This document shows, one piece after another, positions 41,514 through 51,660 of a stretch of DNA of 64,000 nt. The stretch is from Cyanidioschyzon merolae (Eukaryota): assembly GCA_000091205.1 (NCBI GenBank), contig AP006493.2. The stretch is one strand, 5' to 3'. A program made the translations under genes and the position numbers. Under the pieces are notes generated by a model that saw only the letters and a list, made by a program, of their open reading frames with translations, did no database searches and was not told where the DNA came from. Each line of letters begins with the position of its first letter. Position 1 is the first letter of the stretch.

Positions 41514-43145
41514 TCAGAGAACGCGCCCTTTCATCTCCTTGGGAATCGGGAGCCCCATGACTGAGAGGATCGTCGGTGCCACGTCGGCAAGGGTACCTTT
41601 CGAGCTCTCTTCTTTGAAATGCAGCTTGCCATCTGGATCCGCGAGGATGAACGGAACAAAATTCGTCGTATGCGAGGTAATAGGCCGACCGTCCTCGGTG
41701 AGCATGCATTCCGCGTTACCGTGGTCCGCTGTCACGCAGAGTACGTAGCCGAGCTCTTGACAGCTTTTCCATATCTGACCAATAACCTTGTCACAATGGG
41801 TACATGCTTCAACAGTGGCCTCGTAGACACCGGTATGACCGACCATGTCAGGCGCAGCGAGATTGCACATGATGAAAGCATACTTGCCAGACTTCATTGC
41901 CTCTATCAGCGCCTCACCGACTTGGTACATTGACATTTTCGGTTCCAGATCGTAGGTCGGTACCTTTGGAGAGGGAATCAGCTTCCGGTCCTCGCCTTTG
42001 TATGCTTTCTCGACGCCTCCGTTGAAAAAGAATGTCACGTGGGCGTATTTTTCGGTTTCCGCCGTATGAAACTGAAAAAGATCATGATTTCCAATCCACT
42101 CGGCCAGAACATTCTTCATCTCAACTGGCGGAAACAGCACTGGAAACGGAAACCGAATATCGTACTGAGACATGCAGAAGATGCCCAGGTCTTTGGGGAC
42201 CTGAACCTTGGTTTCGTAGGGCGCAGGCTGTCCCAGGGTCTGAACGATCTCGCGCATACGATCCGACCGAAAGTCGAAGAAAAGAAGCGTATCCTTGGAT
42301 GTAATACACCCTTTTTTGCATACAATGATGGGTTTCAGGAATTCATCGGTCTCGCCACCGTCGTAGCGTTTCTGGATCGTGTCCAAGACGTCAGCGGTTT
42401 CCTCGCCATCGCCATTCACGAGCCCGCGCAAGGCCAGGTCGATCCGGTCCCAGCGCTTATCACGATCCATGGCATAGTACCGACCAGTACAGGTAGCGAG
42501 TTGCATATGTTCTCCGAGTTGCCGCATATGCTTCAGAAGCTTCTCGATAAAGCCCTTGCCGCTATGCGGATCCGTATCGCGCCCGTCCGTGAACGCGTGA
42601 ACGTAGACTTCCGGCACATTTGCATCCTTGAGAATCTCAAGCAGCTTGTGCAAATGTCGTTCATGCGAGTGCACGCCGCCATCCGATACGAGTCCCAGGA
42701 GATGCATCCGCCCATTCGACACTGTTTTCGCTCGGTCGATCGCCTCGAGCAGGGTCTCGTTTTTCGCCAGACTCCCTTCTTTCACAGCCAAATCGATGCG
42801 AACCAGATCCTGGTACTGGGGACGACCTGAGCCGATCGTGAGGTGGCCCACTTCACTGTTCCCCATGACGCCCTCGGGGAGGCCCACCGCCAGTCCAGAC
42901 GCATCCAACTCGGCAAAGTTCCGTCGTTTGCTGTAGAACTCGTCCATGACTGGCGTATCAGCAGCGAGGATCGCGTTTCCATAATCACTCTGGTTGATTC
43001 CCCAACCATCAATACAAATCAAAACCACAGGGCGCTTCACTTTCTGATTCATGGCTATCGCGCAACGTCTTTTGCAGCAAGTACGCCAAAACGTTGAACT
43101 TAAGTCGTTCCAGCGGTGATGGCGTGTGCTACTGGGTACCGCCAC
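41514..43145 (-). CDS. gpmI: 2,3-bisphosphoglycerate-independent phosphoglycerate mutase (iPGM)
   Basis: 543 aa. 'VVLICIDGWGI', 'GNSEVGHLTIGSGR', 'HLLGLVSDGGVHSH', 'TDGRDTDP', 'VTADHGNAE' are metal-binding motifs of the iPGM/alkaline-phosphatase superfamily; collinear over full length. Confidence 0.9.
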   Translation of the reverse strand: MAVPSSTRHHRWNDLSSTFWRTCCKRRCAIAMNQKVKRPVVLICIDGWGINQSDYGNAILAADTPVMDEFYSKRRNFAELDASGLAVGLPEGVMGNSEVGHLTIGSGRPQYQDLVRIDLAVKEGSLAKNETLLEAIDRAKTVSNGRMHLLGLVSDGGVHSHERHLHKLLEILKDANVPEVYVHAFTDGRDTDPHSGKGFIEKLLKHMRQLGEHMQLATCTGRYYAMDRDKRWDRIDLALRGLVNGDGEETADVLDTIQKRYDGGETDEFLKPIIVCKKGCITSKDTLLFFDFRSDRMREIVQTLGQPAPYETKVQVPKDLGIFCMSQYDIRFPFPVLFPPVEMKNVLAEWIGNHDLFQFHTAETEKYAHVTFFFNGGVEKAYKGEDRKLIPSPKVPTYDLEPKMSMYQVGEALIEAMKSGKYAFIMCNLAAPDMVGHTGVYEATVEACTHCDKVIGQIWKSCQELGYVLCVTADHGNAECMLTEDGRPITSHTTNFVPFILADPDGKLHFKEESSKGTLADVAPTILSVMGLPIPKEMKGRVL

Positions 43146-44367
43146 CGCCGCTGCCGCTGCCGCCTCACACCGATCGACGGCGTGCGTTGCACCGGAGGAT
43201 CAGCGGCACGCGGTGCGGCGAGAGGTCGCCTGGTGGGGATGCGGCGAGCCTCGACGACTGCCTTCGAGACGCATCGCCTGCTGAGCGGCAGCCGCGCTGG
43301 CGCCGCAGTGCGGGATAACCCACGCATAGGTATAAAATGAACATTTATGTATTTTTTGGGTCGAAAGGATACAGCCACTGCGGAGCCCTGATGCGCCACC
43401 TGCACGGAGGCGCCGTGTGCGTGCGATGCACACGTCACCGTGCCAGCGTCGAAGCGAGGTCGCCCTACGAGGCGGACCTGCTACACGGCCGTGCTCGTGC
43501 AAGCTGAAGCGATCGACGATCTGTCTTGCTCACTGATTGGTGGAAAGGCATTGAACACCGCAGGACGCTGCTTTGTAGACCTCGGAGGAACAGGAGAACG
43601 GCGCGTTTTGCTGGATGACTCGGGAACGCGTCGCGCACGCATCACGAAAAGTGGTGCTGGTACGCTGACAGGCACGAAACACACGCGCTCAGTTCCCCAG
43701 TTTGCGTACTGCATGAGCTATTCGCAAGCGGGGTGGTGGGATTTAGCGCTTTTACTGGATGGAATAAACAGCTGTTCGAATACGCATGCCTGCCTATTCA
43801 CATGGTCCGGTTCGGGGCTGCCTGTATCAAAGGTACCCAGGCGCCTGTACACATGCTTCCTGCAAGCAATTACCGTACAGGATCCGGCGTCAGCGGCACA
43901 GCAATGCATGTAAAGGGTGTTTGGTTGCCTCGGTGCCGAGACCAACCCCTGGTCATGGCTACGGTGTTGCCTGGCGTCGGTCTCGCCCCGAGAGCCGTGG
44001 CACCCTAGCAGCGGCTGCGGTATGCCACGGACAACACACCTGCGTAACAGAATCAGAGCGCTAACTCTTCACAGATTCGCATCTGTAACGCGGATACCGA
44101 TCACAATCCGACACAACTGTATAAAGGAATGCGTTGCGTCGGGCTTCTCGCACGGCAGGTTTGCGCCGGTGCATAGCGTGCACCGGGCATCGACACCGGA
44201 CCCACAGCGCCTCGGCACGCCACTGCACTTGCCACGAGCACTCGCGATGCTGGCACAGCGCTCGTGCGGGCAATCTCACATGAACTGCACGGGGTTGGCG
44301 ACTCGCCTGGCAGCGCGTCTTTCCTTGAACCGCCAGTTCGTCAACAACAATCCCAGACAAGACACGG

Positions 44368-45774
44368 TCAGCGTGTCCAGTACTGGGGACCGTAAATCGC
44401 GAGCCCCAGCGTCAGACAGATCGTCACACTGATACCTGCGTATGCGTAAGCGTACTCAATGTTTCGCTCGCGGTAGAGCTCGCCTACAAAAGTCGATACT
44501 GTACTCAGGCAGCCATTGAACCCGAGGACGAACGCTTTCATCATGACGACGACCCAAAAAGAGCTCACCCGCAAGAGTACACCATCTGCAACCGCATCAA
44601 AGCAACAAGCCAGCACATTTGCGGCAAGCGTCCCGAGCGGGAGCCACGGATGTCGCCCATTGAGATGCACCGAGAGTTGCCATCGTAGGATCACGCCGAA
44701 CGGTGCAAAAATGCACGCCATCCAGTAAGATTTGCGGGTCTGGTCGGGATCCAAGCCAACACCGACAGCTGCTAAGGTCAGCAGGATTGCACTCAGGACA
44801 CCGCATATCACAAAAGCATAGAAACGTCGGCGGTGGTATGCAATATCCTCATGGGATCCGATGGGGATCTTGGGGCGACGACGGCCCCAACGATCGTGGC
44901 CACCGGTGAGCGCCGCTGCTGCGCGAGCGACCTCATCCACAGCCGACAGCGAGCGTCGCGGTTGCCTTGCCCGCGAGCGCAGCTCCCGATATCGGAGGTA
45001 GAGTTGGGCAAGCTCCTCGTCTCGACGGGCGTAGACATGCGATATGAGGAAAAATCGAATGGATCGTTCAGTGTGCAAACCGAGCGTGAACGAGAAGATC
45101 GGGATCTCCAGCCCAATGACCAGAGCGAATAGCGCGCGGAGCCACTGATTCGATGGGCTCTTGCCGCGTGCAAACATCGCAACTAGCTGCTGATTCCAGC
45201 TCGAAAACGTTGTTAGGGAACCGCAGAGACCTGTCGCCAGTCCAGTATGTATGTACGGCATGTGCGGTTGGAAAGCATCATCGCTACCAATCAAAAAGCC
45301 TATGAGAAACGAGCCCAGCGCATTCGGTGGTAGCACTTTGAAAACCGCGCTGTATTCAGAGGTCACTGCCCCGACCGAGGGCCCGAACACGAGGTCGAGT
45401 CCGGTGCGGGCGAGCGTTCCTCCGATGCCGAAGAGAGCCATATGAAAAACGTCGTTCAGGAGGAACGCGAACTTGCTTCCCAGGAAACCGGTGTTATACG
45501 GGTTGTGCACCTCTGCGCGGGAGGCAACGTTCTGCTGGGTGCTCACGCGTTTCGCCAACGAAACCCGCGGCGAAGGTGCACCGCCTTCGTCTCCCTCGGG
45601 CCCTACGAGACCATTCTCCAAGTTTGATAAGCCATTGGAATCAACCGCGCCCAATTCATCTGGCGCCACTGGAAAAGCTCTCAAGAAGCTCTTTTCTGCG
45701 AACACTCGTTCGAGCGAAGCCGGGCCCGACTCGTCCGGGGTCATGGAAAAATCACAGCCACGAGGGCGCTTCAC
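44368..45774 (-). CDS. FEX: fluoride export protein (eukaryotic FEX; tandem CrcB/Fluc domains)
   Basis: Two CrcB-like repeats each with the 'G..TTFS(T/S)' signature ('GLCGSLTTFSSWNQQ' and 'GCLSTVSTFVGE') and multiple TM helices, preceded by a ~100-aa soluble N-terminus. Confidence 0.75.
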   Translation of the reverse strand: MKRPRGCDFSMTPDESGPASLERVFAEKSFLRAFPVAPDELGAVDSNGLSNLENGLVGPEGDEGGAPSPRVSLAKRVSTQQNVASRAEVHNPYNTGFLGSKFAFLLNDVFHMALFGIGGTLARTGLDLVFGPSVGAVTSEYSAVFKVLPPNALGSFLIGFLIGSDDAFQPHMPYIHTGLATGLCGSLTTFSSWNQQLVAMFARGKSPSNQWLRALFALVIGLEIPIFSFTLGLHTERSIRFFLISHVYARRDEELAQLYLRYRELRSRARQPRRSLSAVDEVARAAAALTGGHDRWGRRRPKIPIGSHEDIAYHRRRFYAFVICGVLSAILLTLAAVGVGLDPDQTRKSYWMACIFAPFGVILRWQLSVHLNGRHPWLPLGTLAANVLACCFDAVADGVLLRVSSFWVVVMMKAFVLGFNGCLSTVSTFVGELYRERNIEYAYAYAGISVTICLTLGLAIYGPQYWTR

Positions 45775-47161
45775 TTATCCGTTCGTTCCCGAGGACGAGT
45801 CAGACTAGAATAAACCACCAACACCTGGTGTCGCGGAAACGGTGGTCAAATGAATGGAACGTCGTCGCACTCGTTTCTGTCGCTTCCGCGAAAATGCAAC
45901 CGAGTATCCGGTTTGTGGAGTACTGGCTTCGTGTACCTGCGGCCGGGACGTCGTGGCACGCGACTGCTCTGGATGCCTATCCATCCGCTGAAGAATATGG
46001 TTTCCAGTATGTGTGCTTGTTAGTAGGAGGAGGATGCGTACCTAAAATGGCGAGTGCAGGCGATTCGCATCGAAAAAGGGACCAGACTCCTAGAATGTGT
46101 TTGTCTTTGGGAGTTTGCGTGCGTCCGAAGGGGTACGTCTCCGGGTGACGCTATCACAAGGACAAGTGCTGGAGCGGTTGCTTGCCCCCGGGTGGTCGTT
46201 ACCTGCGTTTGGTTGTGCGTGCTCGTGATCAACGTGCCTGGGGATAAACGTCAGCGGGGTATGTGCAAGCAGCTGACGCAGGACCTGCAATGGTATACCT
46301 GCAGGATACCTTGCGGGTGCGTGAGCTGTCTGCGTGCTTGCCCCGGGCAAACCAGCTAATGGACGCGTCGTCTTGGGCACTAGTGCGTGCCGCACTGCGG
46401 AACTGGCTGAGCTCTGAACGCACTTGAGCTTACGTCACGTATTGATTTTAGGAAATGTTTTCGCAAAAGCGCCTTGCACTCCGCACACCCGCAAAACGAT
46501 CACCGGCGTGCGTGATGCGCGTTCGGCAAGCGGGTTCACTTTAGCAGCTCGCGTTCGCCGAGGTACCTGTTTGGCTGGGAAACGCATACTCGACGGATTC
46601 TTCCCAGACAGGTTCGCAGCTCGGCAAGATTAACGGACATCTTTTAAGCGCTGAACTGTGCGGATACGAGCGCAGCATTGCACGACGCTCGTTCCGGTAC
46701 TTGCCAGTTCAGCGTTTCGCTTGGTGTCGACAGGCTTCCGAACGCACCACAAGCCTCGTTTCCAAGACGGAGGCTTGTGGAGGCAATGAATTCGCTGTGC
46801 GAACGTCTTGCTGCAAACCGACTGTCCAGACATGATCCATGTAGTGAGGATGCGTTCAAGGAGCAGGCCGTATGCGCCCGAGCATGCCGTCGCGTGCACC
46901 GACGAGCGCGTTCATCAAAGCCTCGCGTCCACGGAGGAAGACCATCGCTCGTATTTACTGACGGACTGCGTATTGGCATCTCGAGTAGTTTTGCCGTTCA
47001 CGGCCATTGAATGTTCACCATGACATCTCCGTCAGTCGACATTCGATGCTCGACGGAGGCGATTGCCGGGACGGGTTCACTCGGGATGCGAGTGGCGGCG
47101 CGTTCGTCTTGGCAAGAACGATACCTTGAGGCAGGAAATATGAACTTACCCAACGCTTTAC

Positions 47162-49594
47162 CTAAAATTCGTCCCAGAATGTCATGAGCGCCTCGGCCAA
47201 CCGGTAGTACGTCTCGCGAAGATGCCGGAGTTGGCGGCCGACATGCCGTGCTCCGCGCACGTGCTCGTCGTACACCCGGGGATCAATGCCGGACTTGTTC
47301 GTGGCCCGCAAAACTGCGTTATGCTCCGCCAAGCGTGTGTGTCGCACTTGGATCTGCTGAAACACATTCTGCATGGCGAGCAGACACACACGAACGACGT
47401 TGCGCTGGATCGCATCAAGGTCGACGTGCCAGCCGCCTTCGAGATCCAGCCAAGATGCACCGGTTGGCGTGTCGCTCTGTGTCATGGAGTTTCGGTAGCT
47501 GTCCTCGAGGTCAGGTGCGTATGCACCATCTGGAGACAAACACAGTGTCGACGTTGGGTCTGGGGATCCAGAATCTAACGCGCTCGGCGTTACGTCGATA
47601 CCTGAACGTGAAGAAGCGAATCCAGGTCCGATCGCACGCTCCGTTTTCTGCCTGAGCTCCAAGTCCGGCTCATGATCTGCAGCAGACGACTGAGCTCCGT
47701 TACGCCAAGAGCCGGGAAACGGTTCTCGTGGCAGAGAGATTGGTACCGCGGTTACAGCACTGGTTAGGTGGTCTCCGAGGGAAATCCAGCCGTCCTGAAA
47801 AAGATAAAAAAGATAAGCTCGAACTGCGCGTGCCGGTAGAAGCGCGTGCTCCTCGCATGACCTGGTGGATAGAGGCCCGTACTCCAAGACCATCCGCCAT
47901 ACGCGATGCAAGTACAGATCGCCCATGGCCAAGAGCATGCCTTCCAGCACGTGTGTGCGATACTGGTCGAGGATGTATGCGTACGCAGGTGCGTACAGCT
48001 TTGTACCGTGCCGTTCGTGAATCGTCAGAAAGCCGACGCGATCGTCGGCGAGCTCTTCCAGTATGCGTTCAGCATCGAGCGCGCTCACTGTTTCCATGCA
48101 TTGATCACTGGGAAAACGATAGCGATATCGGATCACATAGAGGATCTGATCGAGAGAGAAGCCCTTCTGCGCACCAGCCAGACTTGTCAGCGACGGATCC
48201 GAGCATCGGGCTGGCAATACGTGCACAAGTGAACCATGCTGTACAACTCGCCGCAGATAAAGCATTGCATTCAACAGCACTGCTGTACGCTGTACCATGA
48301 GCCGATGCGGCATCGACGTTGCCGCGTCACCAGCATGACTGTCGTCGCAGCTGTGAAGCTGCTCTGCGGCCCAGGCCGCCATATGGATATCGCGGATCGC
48401 GTCCCGTATGAAACGTTCATTCACGCGCAGGTACGTCCCCAGGGCAAGCATCGTGCTTTCGCCCTTCTGACTGGAGTCCGCTGTCTCTGGAGCGGGTGCT
48501 GGTGCGGCTTGCATCTCCCTATTGCTCACCGATGGCTGTGGCGTTGCGGCGTATGGCTGATCCACCGCTTCGTCATCAGCACCTGTATCCAGTTTCCGTA
48601 ATCGTAAGCGCCGTCGTGCTCGCAACCTCGTTTGGGGCTCATGATCGGCGCTTTGCGGTGATGGCTTTTCATCGTTTGCAGCAGAGCGATTCGCCAACAA
48701 CGCAGGTGCAGGTACCTGTCTTGTCGAGTCTATTTCGCTCAGCGTGCACGCTTCCTGATCCATCGTGTCTCCCGGTTTGGAGTGCTCGCGAGCTTCGGGA
48801 TGCTCATCATCGAGCTCTAGACTGAGAAGCTCGGCGAGCACGCGTCTGGCTGTGCACTGCTCCAGGAGACCGATTCCGACCAGCCGCTGAAGCGTGCTCC
48901 TGATAAGCTTCGATTGGTTGTCGCTATCTGGCGTAGCGGTGAGCAGCCAGTCCATGGGCACTTTTCTAAACGGTGTCAGATAGTTGCACAAGCTCACTAT
49001 TGTGCTGGTTTCTAGTTGCGTTTCATGATGATCGGCGCGTGGACTCGGGAGGATCGTCTCTCCTGCGTCATTTGAATGCAGCACCAAGTCCTGGTCCTTC
49101 CGCCAGTGCCTACAATGAAGCTCGGTGATGTAGCGCTGGAGAAACGGAAAGCCGTAGAGCCATAGCGCTCCACGCCTCGAAAGCGTGTACTGGCACGAGG
49201 CGGGTGCCTGATCCAGTCGGCTGTATGAGTACTGCACAACGCCGCGCTCGAGGAGCTTCACCAAAGCCACACGCAAAGATGTTCGAAGCTTTGAGTGGCT
49301 AAGTAAGTGTGCGTTTGAGCAGCGTGCACTCGTACGTAGCTGCTTTCGGAGAGAGCGCTCGAGCTCTCGCAAGCTCGCCGACGAGCGACAACTCAGACAT
49401 CGAACGACCGCTGCAGCGACAGGTCCAAGTAGGTGCTCCACTACCAGCACGTTCAGCGCATCTAGTTCACGCCACATTCGCACCGAGCCTGCTTCGCAGG
49501 ACGAGCACAGCGCGAATTGTAGGAAGCAGCCACTTGTCCGGAGGAACCATACGGGGAGACCTCGAAAGCTCGGCGTTCCGCGGCCGACGGCCAC
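47162..49594 (-). CDS. large hypothetical protein; weak resemblance to RNA polymerase III subunit RPC3/RPC82 (winged-helix repeats)
   Basis: 810-aa ORF with clean coding periodicity. N-terminal 'LLGPVAAAVVRCL..LRELERSL..LRVALVKLLERGVVQY' and C-terminal 'LRHLRETYYRLAEALMTFWDEF' loosely recall Rpc82 winged-helix and C-terminal helix segments. Acidic/Ser-rich inserts. The assignment is tentative. Confidence 0.25.
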   Translation of the reverse strand: MAVGRGTPSFRGLPVWFLRTSGCFLQFALCSSCEAGSVRMWRELDALNVLVVEHLLGPVAAAVVRCLSCRSSASLRELERSLRKQLRTSARCSNAHLLSHSKLRTSLRVALVKLLERGVVQYSYSRLDQAPASCQYTLSRRGALWLYGFPFLQRYITELHCRHWRKDQDLVLHSNDAGETILPSPRADHHETQLETSTIVSLCNYLTPFRKVPMDWLLTATPDSDNQSKLIRSTLQRLVGIGLLEQCTARRVLAELLSLELDDEHPEAREHSKPGDTMDQEACTLSEIDSTRQVPAPALLANRSAANDEKPSPQSADHEPQTRLRARRRLRLRKLDTGADDEAVDQPYAATPQPSVSNREMQAAPAPAPETADSSQKGESTMLALGTYLRVNERFIRDAIRDIHMAAWAAEQLHSCDDSHAGDAATSMPHRLMVQRTAVLLNAMLYLRRVVQHGSLVHVLPARCSDPSLTSLAGAQKGFSLDQILYVIRYRYRFPSDQCMETVSALDAERILEELADDRVGFLTIHERHGTKLYAPAYAYILDQYRTHVLEGMLLAMGDLYLHRVWRMVLEYGPLSTRSCEEHALLPARAVRAYLFYLFQDGWISLGDHLTSAVTAVPISLPREPFPGSWRNGAQSSAADHEPDLELRQKTERAIGPGFASSRSGIDVTPSALDSGSPDPTSTLCLSPDGAYAPDLEDSYRNSMTQSDTPTGASWLDLEGGWHVDLDAIQRNVVRVCLLAMQNVFQQIQVRHTRLAEHNAVLRATNKSGIDPRVYDEHVRGARHVGRQLRHLRETYYRLAEALMTFWDEF

Positions 49595-49921
49595 CGGAGT
49601 CGGCGAGGCCGGATGCCCGTCGTCACGACGTTATGTTCGTTTCGTAAGAAGCACCACGCACCGACGCGCTAGTGACTTTCAGTACCTCGACTTGGAATGG
49701 TATCCGATCGTCTGATCCTTTCTACAGCAACGAAGCAGTCAAGCTGAAAGTCCGAGTTGCGAGCTTGCGGAACGGCTGGCGTTCGCGTGAGAAACGCCCA
49801 TCACTCGCTGCGTGTAGACGGTGAAGCAACGAACGCCAGCGCTGCCTCGCTACAGCTCATTCGGGCTACCTCGCAAGGCAAAGCTTATTTGTGCGCGCAA
49901 AGGCGCCTTTGGTGCTCGTAT

Positions 49922-51349
49922 TTATTCGAAAAATGCTAGCGGACTGGAGCCGTTCTGGGTCTCCTTAGCCAAAGCAGCCGAGTACTCGTAGATAATAGTG
50001 ACGGCCAAAAGGATACCGGTACCGCTGCCGATGGCACCGGTTAGGTCCGCCACCACTGTGAGTAAGCCAACTAGAACACCGCCAAACGCAGCCGCAACTG
50101 GAATATAGCGGTTCAGTTCCTTCACGAGCGAGGTGTCACGGTGCCCTTTGATGGTCAACTCTTGATCGCGCAGCTGCTTTGCAACGTCGCGAGCGCTCTT
50201 GCCCGATACCTCGATATAGAGATACGACATGATCGCACACGAGACCAGCATGAAAACAACGTAGCATAGCGCACGAACCGGATCCACCAGCATATCTCCC
50301 AGGTTGCGCGGCTTGCTGATGTAGTACGCGAGGCCACCAATTGGCACAAACTGGCCGGTATCGCGATACTGTGCCCATTTCCCAAATACCTGCACAATGA
50401 ACATGTTAGGGTATCGCTTCCAAAGAATTTGCGAGAAGAAGTACAGGTTCGTTACCAGCGTCGACTGCAAAATGATTGGCGTATTGCTTGTGTAGAAAAG
50501 CTGGATGGGGTACGACGAGACGTGTCCGCGAACTTTCACCGACTTGATAGGTAAATCGATCCGCAGTCCCTGCAGGTAGATAACAACCATGAACACCACC
50601 ACCGTCGCCAGTAGGTTGCTGAGGTTCGGTAGCTCCTGGCGATAGAACGCCTCGTAGAGTGCGCGGGTCTTGTCCGTGCGCGTCAGCAGCAAATGAAAGA
50701 GGGCGATGATAGCGCCCTCGAACTCCAAACCACGACCGATGTTGATCGTCATCGGCGAGAACGCAGACCACACAATCGTCTCCGCTATATTCGTTGCGAT
50801 GAAGAGACTAATTCCCGAGCCCAGCCCATACCCTTTCTGCAAGAGTTCGTCCAAAAGCATCACGACAACGCTAGCGCAGAAGAGCTGCCCAATGAGAAGC
50901 GCTGCCCGCACGTGGCCCAGCGAAGATACCGGACCATACATTCCCGAGTATACATAGACGATCGCTTCAAAGAGTGCGAAACATATTCCAACCAGCTTCT
51001 GAGCAGCTTCAAAGAGCATACGATCGAGCTTGTTCGAGTAGTCTACCTCGATGATACGCGCGCCCGCTAGCAGTTGTATGATCATGCCCGAAGTCACGAT
51101 CGGCGAAAAACCGAGCTCCATAATGGTGCCTCTCGAACTCGCACCCAATACCAAACGCATCAAGTAAAACGGATCAGAGCCCCCAGTGTTCAAAAAGCCG
51201 TACAGAGGTATCTGGCAGGCGATCAGGTAAACGGCGAGTGCCACGAGACTCCATATGAGCCGCTCCTTGATAGGCACCCGTCGCGCTGGTGTTTGTACTT
51301 CCGGTAAATACGGAAGAAAAGGGCGAACCAAGTCCAAAACTCTGGTCAT
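49922..51349 (-). CDS. SEC61A: protein translocon subunit Sec61 alpha
   Basis: 475 aa. '[94 protein letters not shown]' is collinear with eukaryotic Sec61alpha (plug, TM2/TM3), 10 TM helices through '[26 protein letters not shown]'. Confidence 0.9.
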   Translation of the reverse strand: MTRVLDLVRPFLPYLPEVQTPARRVPIKERLIWSLVALAVYLIACQIPLYGFLNTGGSDPFYLMRLVLGASSRGTIMELGFSPIVTSGMIIQLLAGARIIEVDYSNKLDRMLFEAAQKLVGICFALFEAIVYVYSGMYGPVSSLGHVRAALLIGQLFCASVVVMLLDELLQKGYGLGSGISLFIATNIAETIVWSAFSPMTINIGRGLEFEGAIIALFHLLLTRTDKTRALYEAFYRQELPNLSNLLATVVVFMVVIYLQGLRIDLPIKSVKVRGHVSSYPIQLFYTSNTPIILQSTLVTNLYFFSQILWKRYPNMFIVQVFGKWAQYRDTGQFVPIGGLAYYISKPRNLGDMLVDPVRALCYVVFMLVSCAIMSYLYIEVSGKSARDVAKQLRDQELTIKGHRDTSLVKELNRYIPVAAAFGGVLVGLLTVVADLTGAIGSGTGILLAVTIIYEYSAALAKETQNGSSPLAFFE

Positions 51350-51615
51350 TGTCGGTTTCCGTCGATAGCGTCTCCGAGCCTACAAAGTACGACCAAGTTG
51401 GTGACAAAAACTGGAACCCCCGTTACAACAGCGAACCTGTCTCCTTGACCCCAGACAAGTTCCAGACGACGCTTTTGACGGAGACTTGTTGCAGAGCGTA
51501 TAGCCTGGCGGAAACCTTCACCTCCCAGATGAGACACTCTAACGCACAACTTGCGCGAAACAGTTGTCTCTGAGCAGTCTGACTCGTACCATGATGTAGA
51601 TGAGGATTCGAGTAC

Positions 51616-51660
51616 GCGCCGCCACCGCCGCCGCCACCGCCGCCGCCGCCGCCGCCGCCG
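51616..51660. repeat. (GCC)n / GCCACC microsatellite (~45 bp)
   Basis: 'CGCCGCCACCGCCGCCGCCACCGCCGCCGCCGCCGCCGCCGCCG', ~270 bp upstream of the SEC61A start on the minus strand. It creates spurious Arg-rich/Ala-rich ORFs on both strands. Confidence 0.9.

Noticed and set aside
40870-41748. 292-aa plus-strand ORF overlapping the 3' end of the iPGM gene
   Set aside because: Overlaps a strongly supported minus-strand gene; Cys/Arg-rich and featureless.
43321-43335. TATAAAATG-like element upstream of the iPGM gene as a promoter TATA box
   Set aside because: Orientation and spacing relative to the minus-strand start are ambiguous. It cannot be supported without TSS data.
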